Position numbers and translations under genes: made by a program | DNA from: Octopus sinensis | Lineage: Eukaryota | Length of the DNA: 64,000 nucleotides | Reading direction: 5' to 3' | Assembly: GCF_006345805.1 (NCBI RefSeq) | Contig: NC_043011.1 | Location: forward strand, 9,796,001-9,860,000 | Notes under the pieces: model-generated | The model's database searches: none | Told to the model about the DNA's origin: nothing | The model's input: the letters and a program-made list of their open reading frames with translations, nothing else | Part shown: positions 25,087 through 36,626 of the stretch, piece by piece | Layout: each line of letters begins with the position of its first letter | Position numbering within the stretch: position 1 is the stretch's first letter

Positions 25087-25236
25087 CATACATATAGAAA
25101 TTTGTGTAATACACACACACACACACACATAATGCAGCTATCTGAGGAGTGGTTAATATAGTTTTGTGCCAACCAAAACCTTTATTGAATTAAACAGATT
25201 CATCAACAATTCATCAGATTGTGCATGTGTGTATGT

Positions 25237-25298
25237 ATATGCATATATGTAAATATATATATATGTACGGATATATCTATACATATATCATCATCATC

Positions 25299-25330
<32 letters not shown>

Positions 25331-25513
25331 CCGGATATATCTATACACACAATGGAAAATACTTGTTATAACCATGGAAAATATTATCAAATAATTATTG
25401 TTATCAAATTCAGTGAATTAGAAACTAATTACTTAACGTTATCATCTGGTTATTTCTGTTGACAAAGCATCACCCCATTATGATTAGAATAACCAGTTTC
25501 TATGATATATACA

Positions 25514-25566
<53 letters not shown>

Positions 25567-25628
25567 GTTGATGATGATATATGTATAGATATATCCGTAC
25601 ATATATATATATTTACATATATGCATAT
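25237..25628. repeat. Inverted repeat with ~95-105-bp microsatellite-rich arms (25237-25330 and 25523-25628)
   Basis: The non-periodic core atgcatatatgtaaatatatatatatgtacggatatatctatacatatatcatcatca is present as its reverse complement at ~25565-25628. Confidence 0.85.
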
Positions 25629-26677
25629 ATATGTTTGTTTTTATGCTCAATTATAATAAAAACCATTTTACTTTAACCTGATGGCTTAGTCTCTACTTTT
25701 GTTGAGTTCAATGATGATTTCGTTGGCTGAAACTTTCCCTGTCAACAACATTCTTGTATAAGAATAATATATGTGTGTGTGTCTACATGCACACAAACAT
25801 ACACTCACAGACATACACACACACATATATATATATATATGTACATATGTGTGTGTATATAATACACAGACACAAATGCATATACACATATACATATGTT
25901 CACACACTTAAACATATTACCAAAGACAATTGTTAATTATCAAGAAACAACACATTTCCTGATGAATTAACTTAATAATGGTGAAGGAGTAAAATTTATT
26001 AAAAAGAAATGTTGAGTTCAAGATGTGAAATGTTCAAGTTTCACATCTGAAATCTTGATTTGATGTTTGGATTGAAGAGAAGAGGAGAAGTGGAAGTTGA
26101 AGTCACAATCACCCACCTCTGTATGTGTGTCTGTGTGTGTGTGTGTGTGGTGTGTGCATGTGAGTAGTGTGTGTCTGTGTGTGCATGTGTTAATTAAATG
26201 GACAGGGTAACAACACAAGTATTTTGGAAACAATTCAAAGGAAAAATAAAAATTGTGCAGAAAAATGAAAATTTAAAGCAAAGAACAAAGAGATAAAGGA
26301 GGGGAATGGAGAGAGAGAGAGAAGAAAACAGAGAGAGAGAGTGAAAGGAAGAAAGAGAGAGACAGAGAGAGACAGAGTTGTTGAATGTCATTGAGAGTGA
26401 TTTGGTAGAACAACAGAACAATGAAATGAACCAAAACTTTTCTCATTTTCCATTCTATTTCAGATTTGGATGTTACTAGATTTGGTATATTCCCTGAAAA
26501 TTGTGTAGAACATCTTAATTAGGGTATTGCCTCCTTAAATAGGGAGCCTACAGCCAGCTCTGGTATATTTCTGATTGACTTCAATGCTGTGGGGACAAAC
26601 TGGGAAACTGTTAGGAGATTGGGTATCTGGGTATTGTTGCAAGTTTATATAGGGATGTTTGTGTCTTTTTGTCAGGC

Positions 26678-26724
<47 letters not shown>

Positions 26725-27114
26725 GGAGAGAGATGGAAGGAGAGAGATGCTACCTTTCTAGTGTGGCACTTTCTTTCACAATAGGAAGGACTTAGTTATT
26801 TCAGTTACTCTAACAACTTTCAATCAACATCTTTTTAATCCACAAAATCCTATCCTAAGGGATACGTCATTAGTTTTATATTCCATGTTGTTAATTTTAA
26901 TTCTAATCAGGAATTAAACAGAATTTTTCACAATAAAAGAGAAATGTTGCAATTTTATAATTCCAGGTGTTAAATACAGAAAAAAACAGTTGTGTAGAAG
27001 ACAAGGGAGAAAGAAAGTTTGTTTGGAAACAGAACTATTTCTTGCATGAGTCTTATCAGCTACGTCAAGATTATACACACATAGATATACATTTATGTAT
27101 AGTTTATATAGACT

Positions 27115-27278
27115 TTGTTGGCATTAGGAAGAGCATCCATCCATAGAAACCATGCCAAAACAGACAAATGGAGACAAGGCAGCCCTGAAGCTGACCAACT
27201 GCTGTCAAACTGTCCAACCCATGCCAACATGGAGAGTGGACTTTAAAAGATGATGATGATGATGATGATGATGATGAT
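27115..27278 (+). mobile_element. RTE-family 3' tail fragment with (GAT)n
   Basis: ttggcattaggaagagcatcc...caacccatgccaacatgg...gatgatgat. Confidence 0.7.
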
Positions 27279-28133
27279 ATGCACTTTTACATTTTACAGA
27301 CAAGAAAAAATACATTATCTAACACAATCTTAAAAATTGTTTTAACAGCAATATTTAAAGATCTGTTCTTCATAGATATCAATTGTCAATTAAGGGTTAG
27401 TAATTAAATTATGGTTTGTGCAGTGTGAAGTGTATGAAAAGGTTACACAACCCCACAGGACTGGACAATGATCTGTTGGAAGTAACTTTGTTTCATGGCA
27501 CCAAATGAAATCTGATATTCTGAATAATGTTGAGGGTTAGGGAGAAGATGGTGGGTATAAGAGGGAGAAGTGGAAGGGACTGCAGAACAAGGGGGAGGGG
27601 GACTTTGGTATAAGAGAGATAGAAAGAGGCGGGGAGGGGCTTTGGTAAGACTCTGCTTCTGGGTCTCTGGGAGAATCTAGATTTCAACAGAAGCTCCCTT
27701 CCATGAGTAGGACAGAAAAATATACAAAGGTTTGGGACAAGTCAAAAAGGAAATGGGATACACAACAGTAAATTAGATAATTACTAGTTTAGTAGATTGT
27801 AAATAATTAACAGAAATATGTTAATTAGAGTTGTTGCTAATTTAAAGGAAACTTTCATACATTGATTAAAGTTACTGATTTAACTGAAGATAAATATTGC
27901 AGTAATTAATGTTTATCATTTCTTTTTATATAATTTAATAATTGAAGGTTTAATAATTAATAAAAAATTCCATGCAAATTCCTCGATTGAATTGGGAGAT
28001 TTGTTAATTTAGATTGCAAAATGGTTTACTACTAAGTGACTGTTAAATGTGAGAGTCAATGCTTATTGATTATCCATTGATCTCAATATTATTATCTCCT
28101 CAGCGAGAGTGTATTTCTAGTTGTGGTTACCTC

Positions 28134-28166
<33 letters not shown>

Positions 28167-29868
28167 GAGAGAGAGAGGAAGAGAGAGAAAGAAAGTGAGA
28201 GATAAAGAGAGAGAGAGAGCTGTTTGAAGTAGCTGACATCTTGCATGTTCTCCATTTATCAAAAGAAATGGTCCCATTATTGAAGAGAGAGAGAGAGAGA
28301 GATGGAATGGTGATACGCTTCTTTACACTGCACACAATCTATCAACACACAATGGCTGGCTGTATTACATAAATGGAGGATTCTTGTTGATTCACAGCTC
28401 TCCTCTCCACTGTATTATGACAGTTGTAATTATGATGGCAATTGTGTCAATCAATGACTTGGTTAATTTCTCTGATATAAAACTGATTGATGGTCGGAGA
28501 ATATAATGGGGGAATTGCTATACTGAGAACAAAACCAATACAAATAGAAGTGACAGCAGGTAGCAGTATAAATAGAACTGGTAGTGGTGGTGGTGGTGGT
28601 GGTGGTGGTAGTATGACTGTAGTTGATAACTGTTATAGCAGCAGTATAATTTAATGCATATCAAAAAATGGTCTCAACATTGTTTCAGCTTCTTTTCCTT
28701 TAGATTAAGGTTGTCTAATCATACACTGTGTCAAGTGGTTACTGAAAGAAAAAAAAAGTGGGGGCATACACCTAGGTATGCACTGACAGATATATGGCAT
28801 GGCTTATAACTGGGATAGCACTGACTGATATATCACACGGAATATCACTATAATATCTCTAGATATATCAACAAATATATACATATAATATCTCTACATA
28901 CATTGACAGATATACCAGTAATGTCTCAAGATATATCAACACAAATATTACAAGGAATTTACCAAATATCACTAAATAGACGACCAACAGATGTCACTAA
29001 AAACTTGCAGCTAAATTCAACAAGTTTCACCAAAACTGAGGCAGTGGAATTAATCCTTACTTTAGTCTCGACTTTAAAATTAGTTTATACAGCAGAATTA
29101 GCTGTATAAACTCTTTAACTTTTTCTGCTCAATCAATTAATTTTGATAAATGTTCTTGTTTATTGTAAAAGAGAAGAAAGCAAGAACTGAAAAAATAGAC
29201 AAAAGTAAGCAAAAAACAATATTTTTGAGTCAGAATTCCCAATTTTTTTGAGTTGTCCAAGACAGGAATATTCATGAACAGTAAATTGAAGACAACATGA
29301 AGTTAGGAGAATAATCTAAAGTGTTAGTAAAGACTAAGAAGAACATTGCTTCAAGTATTTAATAAAACTGTCAGTGTTGATAGGAATGTCGAACACTTTC
29401 GCCTGATTTCTCATCTTATTTAAATTTTTTTCAATTGAATTTCATCGACAAAAACTTGCTCAATTGATTGGCTTTCTTCTCTTTCTTTTCTGGCTTTGTC
29501 TTAAGATTGATCAAATCAAAACTAATAAGTCAAATTGATATCCTTGCCATTTTGTATTAACCCCACCACCACCAGTCATTATTCTACATCAATCAATACA
29601 TCACATGGTTAAGGTTTACATCAAATCTGTAAAAGATAAATACAAAAAAAAAGCCAAACCAACATAAAAAGTGAAGGATCACTTGAAGAGTAAATGTAGT
29701 AACATGTTGATTGTTGATATAAGCAGTGTTTGGCAGGAAAGGGAGTGGCGGGGGGGGGGGCTGGTAAATAAATACAAGCTTAAGAAAATACTGTTTGAAG
29801 TGAGGGATGTCAGTTATTTGTGATGTATGTGTCTCTGAAGACTTGTTTCTGTAATTCACTGATTAGAC

Positions 29869-29924
<56 letters not shown>

Positions 29925-30531
29925 AAACACTGACATTAGCTCAGACAGTTTGGCTGTTAAAAGCTGTCTATGAAATGGTTAATAATCCCAGTGTTGCCAT
30001 GTTTCAAAGCTAACACTGGCCATGGTTAACCCCCAGCCCCACTCACCTGCCACCACAATGACCATTTAATGATTCTCTCAATTCATTGTTCCAACAGAAT
30101 CAGTTTCACTCGCACAAAACACCAGTCTTTTACTTTCACTTTCTAATTTTGATGCCATTCAAATAGAAATAGTAACTGTTTCATGCTGTTTTTTGCATGT
30201 GTGTGTATGTGTTATGTACGTGTATCTGTGTGTGTATGTACTCTTAGTTTGTAAGGTTTAGAATATGTTTTGGAAGCAGTCCTATGCAAAAAAAAAAGCC
30301 TGGACTCTTTCTTCGTCCCCAGTAAACAGTCGGCATCCATTTCTGTGTTTCCAATGAGGAAGATTGTAACAATCTTCTGAGAAGCCATAAAGAGTAAATA
30401 TTAAAGACACATTCTCTACAAAGGAATACTCTGAGTAATGACACACAGTTTCAACAATTCTTAACTAATCTCATAAACAGGAACTCAACAACTACCGCTA
30501 ACAATCACAGCACAAGAATGGAAAGGTACAG

Positions 30532-30564
<33 letters not shown>

Positions 30565-30593
30565 TCTCTCTCTCTACATATATATATATATAG

Positions 30594-30950
30594 ACCCTGC
30601 CTCTATAAAGCTGGACTGAAGAGTCATCTTTGTATTCATAAAACGAGAAAGATGAGTGACAACCTGGCCACTGGTGGTGGTGTTAGACACCATACTAATC
30701 ATATCTGTCGGGCATGTGGAAGAGAGTGTAATTCGGCAGGAGGACTTAAACGACATGCAAAGGTACATGAAGCCCAGTTACAACTACAGCCGGCTATGAC
30801 CAGTAAAGGTTTTAGCTGCCAATTCTGTACAAGACATTGTAGATCTTTAGCTGGGCTAAAAAGTCACATTCGATCACAGCACCAGTAACAGTTAAGCTTC
30901 GTGCCATGGCCATACTCGATAACGAGGGGGGAAGCCATAATAATAATAAT
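30594..30950 (+). mobile_element. 5'-truncated LINE tail (probably RTE-clade) encoding tandem C2H2 zinc fingers
   Basis: Open frame 30595-30888: CLYKAGLKSHLCIH (partial), CRACGRECNSAGGLKRHAKVH, CQFCTRHCRSLAGLKSHIRSQH*. Short 3' UTR with a ctcg-ataa-cgag stem-loop and (ATA)n tail; duplicated flanks at 30561-30593 and 30960-30988. Confidence 0.75.
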
Positions 30951-30997
30951 ATATATATATGCTTCTCTCTCTCTATATATATATATAGTATTAATAA

Positions 30998-31092
30998 AAT
31001 GTGTAATTGACTTTATTGGGTACAACACACACCCGAAGAGACCCTGAACAGGTCAAAACACGTGTTGTACCCAATAAAATCTATTACACATT
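30998..31092 (+). other. 95-bp hairpin (31-bp arms, 2 mismatches) enclosing a degenerate hammerhead-like core; probable Penelope-like terminus
   Basis: Arms 30998-31028 and 31062-31092. The interior reads CCGAAGA-GACC-ctgaaca-GGTC-AAAAC-ACGTGT, versus the hammerhead consensus CUGANGA-stem II-GAAA. Confidence 0.55.
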
Positions 31093-31775
31093 CCATCTCC
31101 TATTTTATCAATTCTGTTACCCCAACCACCACAACAAAGTTTCTGCAATAAATCTACGGATAACAGCAGCGAATCGAAACTGTGTCAGCGCTTTACTCAT
31201 CATCTATTTATACATGTTGTATAATTTCTCCATTATATACGTGTATGTGTGTGTGTGTGTGTGTGTGCTTATGTTTTTTATCATGATCATCATTTTATGT
31301 CCATTTTCCATACTGGCACACACACACACACACACACATTGTTACATCTCAAAGACAGCTGCATCTTAACATAAAAATCTAAAGAAACATAACAATCTCT
31401 TGAATTCCTGTCTTCAGCTACAATCACAGACTTGCTCCACTAATTTACAATGTATTTGTGTTCTGGTGTGGAGAACATCTGTCTGTCTGTCTGTCTATTT
31501 GAGTTTACATGTTTAAGAAAGTGAAAGGAAATCATTATGTAATATTGGTCACATGATCGTCGTTATTGATGGTGGTGATGGTGGTGACGGTGGTGATGGT
31601 GGTGATGGTGGTGACGGCGGTCGATAGAGTTGAAGAAACTCTGTGAATAGTAAATGAAGAGATCCTGCCATATATTTCGATGTTATATTTATGGAAATCA
31701 CAAGAATGGCAGCAAGATTTCTACAAATAACTCTTGAGATGATTAAACTGTTGTCAATGATCACATGCCCACCCA

Positions 31776-31780
<5 letters not shown>

Positions 31781-31820
<40 letters not shown>

Positions 31821-32116
31821 CCTTGCTCCGTTGTAGGAAAGATGTTTATTATACATACATACTTGTTCCACGCACATATTTGTACACACATATATGTGTG
31901 TATACATTTGTATACACACACACATACACACACACACACACATACACACACATACACAAACACACACATAAACACACCACACACACACATACACACACAC
32001 ACACACACACCCACATACACACACATACACACACACACACACAAACACACACACATACACACACACACACAAACACACACACATACACACACATACACAA
32101 ACACACACACACACAC
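31781..32116 (+). repeat. (CT)n followed by a long degenerate (CA)n/(CATA)n tract
   Basis: Direct reading; source of the overlapping HT/CV ORFs. Confidence 0.95.
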
Positions 32117-32265
32117 AGTACTGATAATAGTTTTAGGGTCACAAAGTACTTTTTATCTTTGTGGTTACAAGTTCCATTCCTTTGGCCTTGTGTTTTCTAC
32201 GATAACTTTAAACTGACCCAAGCATTGTGAATGAAATTTGGTCAGTGGAAACTGTACAGAAGCCT

Positions 32266-32298
<33 letters not shown>

Positions 32299-33585
32299 GT
32301 GTTTCTTTCTGCATGCTTTCACACTGAGGACATTTAAGCAAGATCAATGTCGGCAGCATGTGTGTCCTGAAGTTCAGGGATTTTGTTGGTTTCAAGTAAA
32401 GCAGAATGGCATGAAGGCAAAAGGGGTCATGGTTGGGGAGAGGAAAAGCATCTGGCTTTGGGAATATTGCCTGATTAAGTCTTAGCTGACCCATGCCATT
32501 ATGGAAACGTGAATGTGGTGGTGGTGGTGGTGGTGGTGGTGTGTACGTGTAACTGTAGCATCATCAGCATCATCATCAACATTTTCTACATCAGTTTATC
32601 CATGCTGCCAAAATTTAGAGAGGACATCTCTTTTGGTCATCTTAAACAAACAAACAATAACAACAAAACCAGCCCCTATTTATTGGTGGGTGATGGCCTG
32701 GAAGTGTGTACATTTCAAACTGGCAGAGCAAGACAGGTTGACAAGAGAAGCAAACAATTTCTATGTAGAAGAATCAGAATTTCAGGAATTTAAAACATAA
32801 CAAATAGGAAATTTTAACCATTGGAAAATTTAAAAATTTAGAATCTAAAAGATAAAAATAAAATTGCTACAAATGTTTTTAAAAATTAATTTTGAATTGA
32901 AAAAATTTCACTTAGTAAAAAAAAAAAGTGCTGAATTGGAAATTAAAAGCAACCACAAAAAAAAAAAAAATAATAAATGAAACATGCTAAAAAACAATGT
33001 TCTGTGGAAATGTAAGAGTGTAGAAATAAGTCTGAAGTATTAATTAGATATATAATAAGGGGGTTGTTAATTAAATATATAATAATATGAGGTGGAGGTT
33101 GTAAAATGGTAGAGGTGAAGATATTGGCAAGATATAGGAAAATATGATTTTATAATTAGACACGGAGCCATTGTGTGGCATTTTGGTCTAATGTCTTCTG
33201 TGACATTCCCAGTCTCAGCGATGCTATGTGAGTAGATTTGGTAGGTGGAAACTGTGTCATAGAAGTGAATTTGTTTTTGTCATATCAGACTTTAAAAAAA
33301 AACTTAGGTACCAGGGTGTATTTTTTTTATTAAAACCCTTCAAAGTGGTCCTAGCACAGCTGCAGCCCAAAGTAAAAAAAATGTATTCCACAGGTCAACA
33401 AAATAACATTTTTTTCAGTTTTCAAAATATTTGGACCTGAACTTAGGATTTTTTGACACAAAGAACCCCAAAACAGCATCCATTTACTACCAAGATTTTA
33501 AGATACAAGATCCATAGAATTTTATAGTTTCTTCAAAAAACCAGCTTATACATCAATATACATATGCATACACAAACACACTCAT

Positions 33586-33641
<56 letters not shown>

Positions 33642-33645
33642 GCAT

Positions 33646-33930
33646 GCCCATGCCAACATGGAAAACAGATGTTAAATGATGATGATGATGTTGATATACA
33701 TACATATATATATATCATCATTTAACAACTGCTTTCCATGCTGGCATGGGTTGGACAGTTTGACAGGAGGTGGTCAGCTGGAGAGCTGTCCAGACTCCAA
33801 CAGTCTGTTTCAGTATGGTCTCTATGGCTGGATGCCCTTCCTAATGCCAACCACTTATCAGAGTGGACTGAGTGCTTTTTACATGCCACCAGCATAGATA
33901 CATTTTTACATGGTACCAGCATCTGCAAGA
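33646..33930. mobile_element. Two RTE-family tails joined tail-to-tail (plus 33646-33690, minus 33714-33930)
   Basis: cccatgccaacatggaaaacagatgttaaatgatgatg versus catcatttaacaactgctttccatgctggcatgggttgg. Confidence 0.65.
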
Positions 33931-34224
33931 CAAAAACCTCTCATCTGGAAGAAGTCGGGGGGGGGGGCATGGACATAAAGAATATGCCTATGTGTATGGA
34001 AGACAGGGATTTCATTGAGCTTGACGTGTATTCTCAATTACAGTGAAACACCACAACTCCTGCTCCCAGCATCTGAAGATCCTTTCTCACCACTCCATCC
34101 CATGTATTCCTGCTTTCTGGGACAGGAGAGCGTGAAGATGGTGTGTGTGTGTGCATGTGATATATATACATATATATAAAAACATACACACACACACACA
34201 CACACACATGTATATATATAGTTG

Positions 34225-34358
34225 GAATTTACAACAAAACAAAAAACGAAGACAGGTGTATAAACAACAAACAGCTGTATTAGTTTAATGCTCAGGAAGG
34301 TGAGAAAGTCTTTCATGTTTCAAGCCTATGCTCTTCAACAGAAAGGAACAGGAGGAAA
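34225..34358 (-). mobile_element. Penelope-like terminal repeat fragment
   Basis: Reverse complement of 45250-45370; carries ctgttga-a-gagc-atag-gctt-gaaac on the minus strand. Confidence 0.55.
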
Positions 34359-34364
34359 TGTATA

Positions 34365-34423
<59 letters not shown>

Positions 34424-35295
34424 CTGTTTAACTTTTATGTTGCAATTGTAGCAATATTTTAAATTTATATGACATATGATTATGACGTAGAATTATATTT
34501 CACCTCAAATATCTGGGTTGATCTAAATTTGCCCATAATTTCAAGTCAAAAGGTTGTTTTTCTTATTCTATAAAGATATGTACGTTAACTTTGGTATATT
34601 ACTGACATAGAACTGTTAACTTCTTCTTAAGATGGTGGAAGGAGTAAAAGAAAGTTTAGATTTCACAAACTAGAGGAAGAAATTGTTCTTGTTTTATGCC
34701 AAGTCATCTCTGATAAACCATGGCTATCTGGTTCATTTTCTTTCAGACACACAGTTTTATCTACCATGTTCTTCCTTTCAAAACACAAGAAATATGTATT
34801 TTGAGGGACATTTGGCTGCTATTTATGGCAGTTCAAGCAACCACATATTTTTTCATTGGCAAAATTGGAAATTGGCACAAACATGTTGCTGTTTGTGCCA
34901 AGTCATCACAAAATCCAAATCTTAGAAAATGAAATGAAATTTTCCATTTCTCAAAACTACACACGCACACACACACACACACACATACACAGACGTATGT
35001 AGATCCACACACTGAAATACTTGAGTAAAATTGAAATTTTACTCAAAATAAAAATTCTTAATTAATTTTTATCCAAAACTCTTTGAAACTCATTCTAACG
35101 ATGTATCATGTCAGAAATATCTAAAATAAGATTAAAAAAGAAAACTAATTTTAAAAAATGCAAACAAATAAATAAAAAAATATTTTCTCCTCTTGAAAGA
35201 TAATAAAAATTTTATTTGATAAATTATTTTGAAAAAATGTTTCTAAATCAGTAAATATGTGAGATTTATGCTGAAATATCTTTATCAAGCACATG

Positions 35296-35359
<64 letters not shown>

Positions 35360-35956
35360 ATACATGTAACATGACACGTATACATACAAGCCTACCTGTA
35401 TACACACATACATAGAAATATATGTACACACACACACACACAGAGTATAGACTCTCAACGACAAAGCAACAGTATTTAATTATGTGAGAAAATATTTTGT
35501 TTAAGTTTTGCGCTCGTTAATAATTCTTGAAAAAAATTTTCTTTTCAACAGAACTCTTCAATTCTTAAGATGGACTTTTGACATCCCCACCAGCACCACC
35601 GTCCACCGTTTACATGTAAGAGGTATATACCTGCATATAAAAACAGTATAAAATATTAAACTTTCATATTTTAATACTTTTTAAATTGTATTTTCTGTTT
35701 GAATCTGCCATCGTCTTCTCTTTGGTATTTCTCATGTTTTCAAGTATTTCATAGATGATTCGTTGATGTCATCCAAATACATTTAGCAATCAATTCTTTT
35801 CCATTGGAGTTTTTTGACACATGAAAAAAGGAGGAAGTCTTATCACATGTTTTTGATGGCACTGAAGTGAGTTCCCAGTGAGTCCAAGCAGAAAAGCTTT
35901 TTGTGGGCTAAATGACCAGATTTTTAATGTTTAAAACTGGGTCGATAGAGAAATAC

Positions 35957-36015
35957 CTGTTACAGATTCTTGTGTTGACAATCCAATGCTAAAACCTCCA
36001 AGAGTTCTCAGAAAT
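35957..36015 (-). CDS. Weak candidate exon (59 nt; FLRTLGGFSIGLSTQESVT)
   Basis: ctatagcag| acceptor and ACAG|GTATTT donor with an open frame. No homology recognised. Confidence 0.25.
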
Positions 36016-36585
36016 CTGCTATAGACTGAATTTTAGATGTGGTTTCAAGGCATCAATCAGAACATTCTCTGCCCCCCCCCCCCACCACCACCACCATCGC
36101 CACAGTTACTCAATAAAGATCTGGGACCAATTATTGACAGCTGAAGAATTCAATGTACTTTAACAGCAACATAATTCCATGTTAACATTGAGCCTGAACA
36201 GAAGAACCAGTGTTCCAGAGCTGCTGCTGCTCCATCAGCATACCACTCTTTGATGATTCCTTTCTCCTCTTCTAACCAGGAAAGCAGCAATTGTGAATGA
36301 TTTGTAGGGTGGGAACAAGAACTAAAGAACATTGTTCTGTCAGTGAATTCTTTTCAACTATTGTTCAATGAGAGTCAACAGTGAAGTGGCACAGATCAGA
36401 GAATGTGTAAGCGGTACACACAGTGTGTGTGTGTGTGTGTGTTGCACTGCAGTAAAAGTGGAACAGTTCAGAGAAAGTGTGGCAAGGCAGAAAACAAGCA
36501 CTGCAGGAAAAGTGCAAGTTTTATTTTAAACACTTCAAGAAACTTCTCAACAAACACAACATTAACCCATCACACACACACACAC

Positions 36586-36626
<41 letters not shown>

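Noticed and set aside
24636-25172. Multiple overlapping YI/CV/HT ORFs (also 31691-32230, 42919-43607, 50734-51291, 60185-60609)
   Set aside because: Dinucleotide repeats lack stop codons; these are not coding.
28440-28500. TGATTGACAC and TGATTGATGG motifs resembling PBX-MEIS/HOX sites
   Set aside because: Short motifs occur by chance in 64 kb and no conservation data are available.
30652-30888. Host C2H2 zinc-finger gene
   Set aside because: No TGEKP linkers, an abrupt 5' truncation mid-finger, an (ATA)n tail and duplicated flanks indicate a retroelement tail.
35552-35615. Plus-strand 64-nt exon-like segment (TLQFLRWTFDIPTSTTVHRLH) with ttttcaacag| and |GTAAGA
   Set aside because: An overlapping minus-strand acceptor fits as well; it cannot be distinguished from chance.
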